A DNA stretch of 11,238 nucleotides from Candidatus Sigynarchaeum calidifontis (GCA_030587475.2 JAUQYZ020000051.1:1-11238); one strand, 5' to 3'; positions 1-7,208 are shown, counted from the stretch's first letter. The notes: a model not told the origin generated them from the letters alone. A program made the numbers and translations.

Positions 1-342
1 ACCGAACACGAACGCGATTTTTTTATAAGCCTTAATTGCATCAGCCACCTCGCCGATGTTGATTTGCCCCTTGAGCGCGAATTGTGGCGGCACGAAGATG
101 TAGATCTTGTCAAACGAAATCACGTCCCGCACGTCTTCGAGGTCACGGAGCACGAGGAAATTCTTCTGCGCTTTGAAGCAATCCTTGGAGGCCCCTTCGA
201 TGCCGCCGGACGCGCCGCCCATGACCCGGGTGAGGATCAAGTTGTCTTTACCGAAGCCCTCGATCACGATTCGGGTGAACTCCTTGATCACGCGAGCCGA
301 GTCGGGCGCGTGGAAGATAAAGTAGACATTTTTCCATGTCAT
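1..342 (-). CDS. DUF2122/COG4080 family protein (often annotated 'RecB-family nuclease', predicted SPOUT-like fold); 3' end lies outside the window
   Basis: Not in the ORF track because no stop falls in the window. Manual translation from ATG 342-340 stays open to base 1: MTWKNVYFIFHAPDSARVIKEFTRIVIEGFGKDNLILTRVMGGASGGIEGASKDCFKAQKNFLVLRDLEDVRDVISFDKIYIFVPPQFALKGQINIGEVADAIKAYKKIAFVFG. The pattern H..S...(GFG)..L..T...G.A..G......K..K.F.VL.DL.D matches my recollection of the archaeal DUF2122 family. Confidence 0.75.
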   Translation of the reverse strand, partial: MTWKNVYFIFHAPDSARVIKEFTRIVIEGFGKDNLILTRVMGGASGGIEGASKDCFKAQKNFLVLRDLEDVRDVISFDKIYIFVPPQFALKGQINIGEVADAIKAYKKIAFVFG

Positions 343-371
343 TGGGACATCAAGCTCCAGATCGTCGCCTT

Positions 372-376
372 AAAAA
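372..376 (-). terminator. T5 tract just 3' of tRNA-Val (candidate archaeal oligo-U terminator)
   Basis: The minus strand reads ...CTCGTCCA-C-TTTTT directly after the discriminator base. Confidence 0.35.
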
Positions 377-377
377 G

Positions 378-489
378 TGGACGAGGTGGGATTCGGACCC
401 ACGACAATCACGGTGTAAGCGTGACATCAATCGGTGCCCTTTTACACCCTTTTGCATGTAAGGGCTTAACCGGGCTAGATCACTCGTCC
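378..489 (-). tRNA. trnV: tRNA-Val (anticodon TAC) with a 37-nt intron at position 21/22; CCA not encoded
   Basis: Folded by hand. Acceptor stem GGACGAG/CTCGTCC (7 of 7 pairs). D-arm ATCT-AGCCCGGTTA|TGAT. Anticodon stem TCACG/CGTGA with loop CTTACAC. Variable loop TTGTC. T-stem GTGGG/CCCAC with loop TCCGAAT. Discriminator A. Confidence 0.93.
430..466 (-). other. tRNA-Val intron (37 nt, position 21/22, bulge-helix-bulge)
   Basis: Central helix CGGT(472-469)/ACCG(435-432), 3-nt bulges TAA(468-466) and ATT(431-429), inner helix GCCCTT/AAGGGC. Cutting after the second base of each bulge restores the typical archaeal Val D-arm GGUUA-UGA. Confidence 0.9.
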
Positions 490-645
490 TTGGTATGTTA
501 CCTTGTACTGCGGGATACAATAATTCGAGCCTCTTATATCCTTAGACAAGAAGACTGGCTGTTCCCATAGGATTCAAATGGCAATGGTGGCGTATAGACA
601 AATAACCAAACGCAATCCGTATCCCCCGCGCAATAGTGACGAAAT

Positions 646-1689
646 ATGGACTCGATTAATATCGATGGCGTGCAAATCTTCTTGAGCCACCCGACCACGA
701 TCGACATGGAATGGATTGGGCAACCGGACGTGATGGAGCAGTTACTCGCCGCGTGGGCGACCATTCATGAGGCAGACTTGCCCATGTGCCCCCGGATCCT
801 GGGCCCGCCCGGTTCGGGCAAAACCACCTTGGCCTACGCCGCCGCGAAGAAGATCAACAAGGAGGTCTATATTTTCCAATGTACGTCCGACACGCGGCCC
901 GAGGATCTCATCATCACGCCCGTGCTCGGCTCGAAGCAGGAGATCCGGTACCATGCGAGCCCGCTCGTGACGGCAATGATCAACGGTGCCGTGTGCATCC
1001 TTGACGAGGGCAATCGGATGCCGGAAAAGTCATGGGCTTCGCTCGCTCCTTTGCTCGACCGCCGCCGGTACGTGGAATCGATCCTGGCAGGGGTCCAAAT
1101 CAAGGCACACCCGAACTTCCGCGTCTGCGTCACCATGAACCAGGACGCGTCGGTATTCGAGATCCCCGATTACATCGGCTCCCGCCTCCAGCCAAAGATC
1201 CACGTCACGTTCCCCTCGCGGGAGAACGAGATCGCCATTTTACAGTACAATATCCCCTTCGCACCAAAGGAGGTCATCGATTACGTCGTTGACTTCTTGC
1301 AAAAAGCCCACAAGGCAGACGAGCCCTATTCAGTGAGGGACGGTGTGAACATCACCCGATACATGCTCAAGATGGCCGCCAGCGAACCAAAACCGTTCGA
1401 CAAGGCCCGCCTCGAAGCACACTTCAAGTCTGCCGCGATCATGGTGCTGGATACCGACGCACTGGACGTACTCTCCGGGAAACGCCGCCAGGCGGCACAG
1501 CCGCACGGGGTAGGCACCGGCCAACCGATGTTCCGGCTCAGGGACTTGATCAAGGGATTGGAAGATGCGTCCACGGGCGGCGTCGATGATGATATTGATG
1601 ACGACGAGGACGAAGAAGATTCCTCCGACGTTGAAGAACTGGACAGTGACGGGGATGAAAAACGTCGGTGGCGGAAAAAGAACCAATAA
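646..1689 (+). CDS. MoxR-like AAA+ ATPase (AAA_5; CbbQ/NirQ/YehL-type) with a D/E-rich, basic-tipped C-terminal tail
   Basis: Walker A GPPGSGKT, Walker B CILDEGNR, MoxR-type FQCTSDTRPEDL and HPNFRVCVTMN (sensor I), arginine finger SRL. Confidence 0.9.
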   Translation: MDSINIDGVQIFLSHPTTIDMEWIGQPDVMEQLLAAWATIHEADLPMCPRILGPPGSGKTTLAYAAAKKINKEVYIFQCTSDTRPEDLIITPVLGSKQEIRYHASPLVTAMINGAVCILDEGNRMPEKSWASLAPLLDRRRYVESILAGVQIKAHPNFRVCVTMNQDASVFEIPDYIGSRLQPKIHVTFPSRENEIAILQYNIPFAPKEVIDYVVDFLQKAHKADEPYSVRDGVNITRYMLKMAASEPKPFDKARLEAHFKSAAIMVLDTDALDVLSGKRRQAAQPHGVGTGQPMFRLRDLIKGLEDASTGGVDDDIDDDEDEEDSSDVEELDSDGDEKRRWRKKNQ

Positions 1690-1723
1690 AATGTCGTTCC
1701 CCGGTAAAGCATTCGCGAGAAAC

Positions 1724-1728
1724 AGGTG
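1724..1728 (+). promoter_or_regulatory. Shine-Dalgarno-like AGGTG before the 704-aa gene
   Basis: AGGTG ends 8 nt before ATG 1737, consistent with an operon-internal gene. Confidence 0.5.
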
Positions 1729-1736
1729 GCACATAA

Positions 1737-3851
1737 ATGGGCGACGCGACCGTGAGGATCCTTCCCGTGTATCACGGCAAGATCACATTCGCCAAGATCG
1801 CCACCGACACGATCACCAACTTCGATCCGGACATCATTGCCATCGAGCTTCCATCTGACTTGAAGGAAATATTTATCACCGCGGTGAAGCGCCTCCCGGT
1901 CTTGTCTATCGTCGGATACATCGAGAGGAACCGCGAACCGCGTGCAGGAACCGGCCCAACACCGCCCGCCGGCGATGGAGGGATCCCAGCAGTCGTCCTC
2001 GGCTCGGCATACACGTTCTTGCCTGTGCATCCGGGCGATCCCATGGTCGAAGCAATCCGGCTCGGGATTGAGAGAAACAAGCGGATCGAGTTCATCGATC
2101 TTGTCCTCGATAATTATGACCCGGTTGAATATGCACTTCCGGACGAGGAATGCTTGGAAAAATTTCCCGACTTCATGACTTTCCAGGAACTCGTCTTGGC
2201 GCACTTGCCAAGGAGTGGTAAGGGCAGCGTGGACTACGACCGCGAGTTATGTATGGCCTCCCGGGTCATGGATCTCGCTCAGGAGGGCAAGAAAGTATTG
2301 TGTATCGCTGGTTTTGCCCACTGCGCTCGCCTCAAGGAATTCATCGAGGCGAAAACGCGGGTCGACGTCGCCGATCTGGCAACCCACAAGTACCAACAGA
2401 TCTTCAACGTTGCCCCGGTGTCCTCTGATCTGGTCATCGAGGAGATCCCGTACATCGAATACCTCTACGAGCTCGCGCGGGATGTACGGGCGCGAAACGA
2501 GCCGCTGCAATCCATCGTCGATCGCGTGGTAGCAGCCAAGTTCGATTTTTTCAAGGCAAGCGAAAGGTTCTTCCAGCAGGGCCCAGGATCGAAGGATGAA
2601 GAGGCTTCTTCTGGAACTGGTGACGCGTCGGGTACAAGCGTGCCAACAGAGGAGGCAATCGACGACCGGTGGATCGAGGTGCTGAAACGCGTCACGCGGG
2701 TGGAGGTCGACGCGTTCGATCGCGAGCCCTACACGCGCAAGGCTGCCTTGTCACTCCTCTTTGCGACGACCAATCTCATCTACGAGGAGTACTACTTCCG
2801 AGAGCCCGTGTCAGCCCTTAAATCGAGGTCGATGATGCAATACTTGCGTAACTGGGCAGCAATTCGCGAGCGGCTCTTCCCCGGCCTCGATCAGGTCGCC
2901 TTGACGGCTAAAAATTTCGTTAACGAGGAATATGCGAGTATTCTACTCGATTTCGCACGCATGTACCCTTTCATTGATACGCACGACGAATATCCCGCCG
3001 TGTATCACGATGCGCGGTTCCAGCTTCTCGGTCCGAATAGCATTTTGTTCAAGAATCGCCAATCATCCCGACATCGATCCTGGATCCAGCTTCCGATCAA
3101 GCGGCGTCCCATGCAGCGATATCCTGGCGAGTGGCGGGACGCGTGGAATAAATGGAGTCTCGGCTTGTGCTCGTTCCCGCCTGAAGACAAGATAGAAGAG
3201 GATTTTTTCAATTCCATGAGGGTAAAAACCATCCAGATCCTCGAGGAGAAACACGTCAAGATCCACGAGTTCAAGGATTCGTTGATGGACGGGGTCGAGT
3301 TCCGCGAAACTTTGCGAAAAAGATTGCTCAACAAGCTATACGTTAAAGAAATAATGCCAGTTATAGGAAAAGCAGGAAGTGTCGTTATCGTGTTCGATCC
3401 CGACGAGATCAAGCACCGATACGACAACAAGATCACGTGGTGGGCGGAACACGATCAGGAATCGGACATGGCGTTCTATGCAACTTTTCCCGAGGAGAAC
3501 CTCATCGGCCCGGGCATCGCGCGCATCGAACTTGGCGGGCTAGTTTCCATTTTCCCGCCGAGGCACGTGCCGGATATCTGGAGATTGTATGACGAGAATT
3601 TCACTTCCTTGAAGAAACACGAGATATTGGTAATCGCGGCTATGGATTTTTCGGAGGAAAAATTCATCCCCTACGTTGCAGCCAACCCGCCATCCAGACA
3701 CATGGAAAGGCTCGCCGCGGAACGTAACAAGGTGTTGGTCCATATACCCATTTGGAAGCTGAGTGGGGAAACGCTCGACCGGGTACGATTCATCCACGTG
3801 CTCCGCGGGAAAGCCGTCCGTGCGTACGCGAAGGATTACATATTCCTCTGA
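1737..3851 (+). CDS. Uncharacterised MoxR-associated protein; N-terminal TraB/TIKI/YehM(DUF5682)-like domain and C-terminal domain of unknown function
   Basis: 704-aa ORF 47 nt downstream of the ATPase, with an SD-like site. Motifs ILPVYHG, DPDIIAIELP, IEFIDL, DRELCMA and VLCIAGFAH follow the order and spacing of the TraB/TIKI/ChaN/EreA-like superfamily. The family call comes from motif recognition only. Confidence 0.7.
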   Translation: MGDATVRILPVYHGKITFAKIATDTITNFDPDIIAIELPSDLKEIFITAVKRLPVLSIVGYIERNREPRAGTGPTPPAGDGGIPAVVLGSAYTFLPVHPGDPMVEAIRLGIERNKRIEFIDLVLDNYDPVEYALPDEECLEKFPDFMTFQELVLAHLPRSGKGSVDYDRELCMASRVMDLAQEGKKVLCIAGFAHCARLKEFIEAKTRVDVADLATHKYQQIFNVAPVSSDLVIEEIPYIEYLYELARDVRARNEPLQSIVDRVVAAKFDFFKASERFFQQGPGSKDEEASSGTGDASGTSVPTEEAIDDRWIEVLKRVTRVEVDAFDREPYTRKAALSLLFATTNLIYEEYYFREPVSALKSRSMMQYLRNWAAIRERLFPGLDQVALTAKNFVNEEYASILLDFARMYPFIDTHDEYPAVYHDARFQLLGPNSILFKNRQSSRHRSWIQLPIKRRPMQRYPGEWRDAWNKWSLGLCSFPPEDKIEEDFFNSMRVKTIQILEEKHVKIHEFKDSLMDGVEFRETLRKRLLNKLYVKEIMPVIGKAGSVVIVFDPDEIKHRYDNKITWWAEHDQESDMAFYATFPEENLIGPGIARIELGGLVSIFPPRHVPDIWRLYDENFTSLKKHEILVIAAMDFSEEKFIPYVAANPPSRHMERLAAERNKVLVHIPIWKLSGETLDRVRFIHVLRGKAVRAYAKDYIFL

Positions 3852-3863
3852 ACCGACGACGGA

Positions 3864-4697
3864 TCATGACGGCCTCGGGTCAACGGGCTTAATCCCCTGG
3901 GCCACGAGGTCTCTTATGAACCCCTTCAGCTCCAAGAAGCCGCACTCTTCGGCTTTCATGAAGCAAAACAGCCTTTCCGCCTTTTTTCCTGCCTTACCAA
4001 GGACATTACCGAGATTATACCAGAGTTCCTCATCAGATGGTTTCACACAGACAGCCTTGATGTGCCACGAGACAGCAGCATTCAGATCATTTCGAGCGTC
4101 GCTCACGATGCCGAGATTGTTGAGAGCAGACGCATTGGCAGGATCTACCTCGATTGCACGGCTGAAATACTACTCGGCATTTGAAATATCACCAGCCTTG
4201 AACGCGTTCATGCTAAGATTCGTGATGACCTCTGACAAGGCTTTACCCTCGCAACATTGTAGAGCAGCCTCGAAAGCGATTGCGGCTCTATCGTGCTCGC
4301 CCTTGATGAATAATAAGTTTCCGAGCGTTATCCGTGCGAGCACGTTCCAACCGAGTCGATTGATGCTTTCCATTAGATGCATCTCTGCTTCGCCGAGAGA
4401 ACCTGCTTGGTAATGCTTGTATCCAACGATATACTCACCCATGCTTTCGTCGATCGCATCAAGGCTTGTATCTCTGGAATTTAACGCATTTTCACTCGCC
4501 CGGCTCTTCATCATTGCTTTCAAGGCATGTAAGTCTGCAAGCAGCCCCCATACGCGCATGATGGATGTCTTTTCGTGCAATTTACGCTTGATCTCGTCGA
4601 TGCGTTCCTTGATAGCGGTGATCTCTTCGTCATCGCCGCTTGACCCGGTAGGGGGGTCGCATGATCGCCGCCGTGCTCCGGGCATCCTTAATTTCAT
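3864..4697 (-). CDS. Tetratricopeptide-repeat protein (about 5 TPRs, 277 codons) with one in-frame TAG at 4172-4170 (read-through or recent pseudogene)
   Basis: Track ORFs 4170..4697 and 3864..4106 share one frame. The intervening codons read *YFSRAIEVDPANASALNNLGIV, which complete a 34-aa TPR and begin the next. Confidence 0.85.
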
Positions 4698-4800
4698 CTT
4701 AATTCGCTAAGGACAAGTGAAATATTTGTTAATTGCGTCACGTGATCAAGCGCAAGCATTTGAACACTATACCAAGTTGTGTAACAGAGGCACCTAGACT

Positions 4801-5526
4801 ATGGAGAAACGAGCAGTCGTCACGCTGTGCATTGGCGACAAGGCTGACGCTTTCGGGAGATATTCCCACGTGCCGATGAAGGCATACGCTGACAAGGTGG
4901 GCGCGGACTTCATCAAGCTCGATAAACGACGTGTCAATTTCTTCGCTGCAAAAAAGTTCAACCCGATCTTGTTTGAAAAATACCAGGTCTACGACGTGCT
5001 TGGCACGTATGATCGAGTGCTTTTCCTCGATACGGACATACTTGTTACACCACATGCGCCGGATATTTTCAACTATGTGCCATTTGATAAAATCGGCGGG
5101 GTATTCGAGGATTTCGGCACGGAGCTGGAGCACCGGCGCAGCTTGATAGTGAAGGTACAAGAAGTGCTCGGTGATGTAAACTGGGTGGAAGGTTTTCTGA
5201 ACTCTGGTGTCTTCGTCGTTTCTAAACTACATCGAGAGGTCTTCCATTTGTACCAGAAGTATGGGTTTTATGATGGCTGTTATGAACAGACCAATACGAA
5301 CTGGTACATGCATAAAGCGGGCTTTCCACCCGTGAACATCGATTGGCGTTTCAATTTTATGGGAATCATGCGCATCTATTATGGACCCGTGCATCGCGAT
5401 GCATTCTTCATCCATTACGCAGGGACAGGCGGCTTGTTCCCATGGGTGCCCAGGGTGGACCAGATGCGGAACGATTATGAATTCTTCTACGAGCACAAGG
5501 ATGTGAAATCGTTCGAGGAATTATAA
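4801..5526 (+). CDS. GT-A fold glycosyltransferase, GT8-like
   Basis: YDRVLFLDTDILV (DxD motif), FLNSGVFV, EQ, WRFNF and FIHYAG are the GT8/glycogenin-type motifs, in the expected order. Confidence 0.85.
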   Translation: MEKRAVVTLCIGDKADAFGRYSHVPMKAYADKVGADFIKLDKRRVNFFAAKKFNPILFEKYQVYDVLGTYDRVLFLDTDILVTPHAPDIFNYVPFDKIGGVFEDFGTELEHRRSLIVKVQEVLGDVNWVEGFLNSGVFVVSKLHREVFHLYQKYGFYDGCYEQTNTNWYMHKAGFPPVNIDWRFNFMGIMRIYYGPVHRDAFFIHYAGTGGLFPWVPRVDQMRNDYEFFYEHKDVKSFEEL

Positions 5527-5557
5527 GTGAAAAAACTCTATCAAGAGTAAAAATTGC

Positions 5558-5980
5558 TCACGTGACAGTAAATCGGATGAAGAATTCGATAGGACGATCT
5601 TGATATATTTTCACCGTGAGCTTGTGCTCCTCGCCGACCTTCCAGCCGGGGTTCGGTACCCATACGATATATTGCTCACCCCGATCGACCTTCACTCCGA
5701 TGGTAGATTTGTAATTGTCCTTGTCGTATTTTTTACCCTTTGCTTCCACCATGAACTTTTCCCAGACCGGGGGATTACCCTTGCCCGCGATAACTTTACC
5801 ATTTTCGTCGATGAAATCGAAATGGTTATTCGGGCTATCATCCGGCAAGCTTTTAACCTCTATGGGGCTAATCACGTTGTTGACCGTGATCTTCAAATAC
5901 TCGACACCATTGTACGTTTCAATTTTAAAGGCATCATCACGAAACATTTTTTTCAAATAGATCTTCGCAATATAGCTCAT
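5558..5980 (-). CDS. Hypothetical protein, 140 aa, soluble and probably beta-rich
   Basis: Protein-like composition with alternating hydrophobic strands (YLKITV, YIVWVP, HKLTVKI, FFIRFTV). It fills the gap between its neighbours without overlap. I recognise no catalytic motif. Confidence 0.75.
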   Translation of the reverse strand: MSYIAKIYLKKMFRDDAFKIETYNGVEYLKITVNNVISPIEVKSLPDDSPNNHFDFIDENGKVIAGKGNPPVWEKFMVEAKGKKYDKDNYKSTIGVKVDRGEQYIVWVPNPGWKVGEEHKLTVKIYQDRPIEFFIRFTVT

Positions 5981-6123
5981 TCTTTTTCACTTATCTTTTT
6001 TATTTTTGTAGATATGGTTCTTTCCATCAGCATCATGGATGATGGTAATGATTGATCTTAGATATATTTTGCACGCTTAAAAAAGGCTAGTCTGCGTTTT
6101 AAAATAGAAGGGAAAGAATATCT

Positions 6124-6138
6124 CGAAAACTTTTTTTG
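6124..6138 (+). promoter_or_regulatory. Candidate BRE/TATA-like element for a leaderless Ubl-GDPD transcript
   Basis: CGAAAAC followed by a T7 tract, about 25-38 nt upstream of ATG 6162, within an AT-rich divergent intergenic region. The match to a TATA consensus is imperfect. Confidence 0.25.
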
Positions 6139-6161
6139 TTCACGGTACCATAACGAGCTCA

Positions 6162-6446
6162 ATGTGCGCGAAAGTCAAGCTCCACCTCCTAAACATCTTC
6201 CGGCTGGAACTCAAGCGGCAATACATCGACATGGAAGCAAACAGTATCCGGGATGTTCTGAGCACGTTTGAAAAGGAATACCTCGGCAAGCTCCCCGAAT
6301 ATTTGAAAACGAAGGATCAAAAGCATCTCACGGAACATGTCCTTATATTGCTAAATGGCGCGAACGTGAAAAACCTAGACGATTCGGAGACGGCCCTTCA
6401 CGATGGTGATGAGATCCAGCTCTCCGTGCCAATCATCGGGGGATGA
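6162..6446 (+). CDS. MoaD/ThiS/SAMP-family ubiquitin-like beta-grasp protein
   Basis: 94 aa with SIRDVL, VLILLNG, LHDGDEIQL and a free C-terminal Gly-Gly (PIIGG-stop). Confidence 0.9.
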   Translation: MCAKVKLHLLNIFRLELKRQYIDMEANSIRDVLSTFEKEYLGKLPEYLKTKDQKHLTEHVLILLNGANVKNLDDSETALHDGDEIQLSVPIIGG

Positions 6447-7171
6447 AGGCAGTGGGCATTAAACGAAAGATTTTCTTGTCTGGCCACCGTGGGTACAAGG
6501 ACTGTGAGATCGAGAACTCGTTGAAGGCATTCCAGCGAGCTATCGATGAAAAAATTGACTTCGTCGAGTTCGACGTGAAAAAAACAAGCGACGACGTGCT
6601 GGTCGTGTACCACGACGAGCGACTAACCCGGTTACTTCACGTGAACAAGCGGATAGGAAAAGTTTCATGGAAAATGTTGCAAGGGTATGCATACGACGAT
6701 GGACAGCACGTGCTATGCCTCGACGATTTTTTCACCGCGTGCAAGGGAAAGATCAAGTTCATGCTCGAGATAAAGGCCGGTGGCATTGAAAAGCAGCTTT
6801 TAAACCTCGTCGAAAAGCACGGTCTCGAGAACAGCATCATCATCCAGAGTTTCAACGGCCGATACATCAAGAAGTGCCATTCCTTGAGGCCAGATCTCGC
6901 CTACGGATTGTGCATTGGCTTGGCAAGGGGTACTTTTTCCTATCATTATCTGGTGCAACCGTATCCCGTCACCTATCTCAACATAGATGGCCCGCTCGTC
7001 GACGACCGGTTTGTAAAATCGTGTGTAAAAAACGGAAAAAAGATCATCCTCGGCTCAAGGAACACGTGGGAATATCTCGACAAGATCGAGCCATGGAACG
7101 TTGAGATCATCAACGCAGACAATCCTGCGCGCATCAAGCAGCTACTCATCGAGCGCCACTACGATTTTTAA
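6443..7171 (+). CDS. Glycerophosphodiester phosphodiesterase (GDPD, GlpQ/UgpQ family)
   Basis: GHRG, ENSLKAF, VEFDVKKTSDDVLVVYHD, MLEIK, IIQSFN and INADNP motifs. ATGA overlap with the upstream gene. Confidence 0.92.
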   Translation: MKAVGIKRKIFLSGHRGYKDCEIENSLKAFQRAIDEKIDFVEFDVKKTSDDVLVVYHDERLTRLLHVNKRIGKVSWKMLQGYAYDDGQHVLCLDDFFTACKGKIKFMLEIKAGGIEKQLLNLVEKHGLENSIIIQSFNGRYIKKCHSLRPDLAYGLCIGLARGTFSYHYLVQPYPVTYLNIDGPLVDDRFVKSCVKNGKKIILGSRNTWEYLDKIEPWNVEIINADNPARIKQLLIERHYDF

Positions 7172-7208
7172 CCGGGACGAGCCGCGTGCCAATCAGTTTT
7201 CGTGATTG

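Noticed and set aside
64-570. 168-aa + strand ORF, and the 107..325 ORF
   Set aside because: Antisense to the DUF2122-like gene; the longer ORF also runs across tRNA-Val. No recognisable motifs.
1326-2204. 292-aa - strand ORF with a poly-Ser tract
   Set aside because: Antisense shadow of the ATPase and its partner; the serine run is the reverse complement of the Asp/Glu codons.
3864-4106. 80-aa ORF as an independent gene
   Set aside because: Its GTG start falls in the middle of a TPR and is in frame with the upstream ORF, so it is the 3' part of one gene.
3763-4413. 216-aa + strand ORF
   Set aside because: Antisense to the TPR frame, which carries clear repeats; this ORF has no motifs of its own.
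4717-4800. In-frame TAG (4795-4797) just upstream of the glycosyltransferase ATG as a second read-through site
   Set aside because: The extension (VKYLLIASRDQAQAFEHYTKLCNRGT*T) looks non-conserved and would occupy the divergent promoter space; the GT domain is complete from ATG 4801.
5600-6055. 151-aa hydrophobic + strand ORF
   Set aside because: Antisense to the Lys/Glu-rich 140-aa gene; its hydrophobicity is the expected artefact of reverse-complemented A-rich codons.
6440-6450. Selenocysteine read-through or a Ubl-GDPD fusion at the TGA
   Set aside because: GDPD is in a different frame (ordinary ATGA overlap), and the Ubl needs its free C-terminal Gly-Gly.
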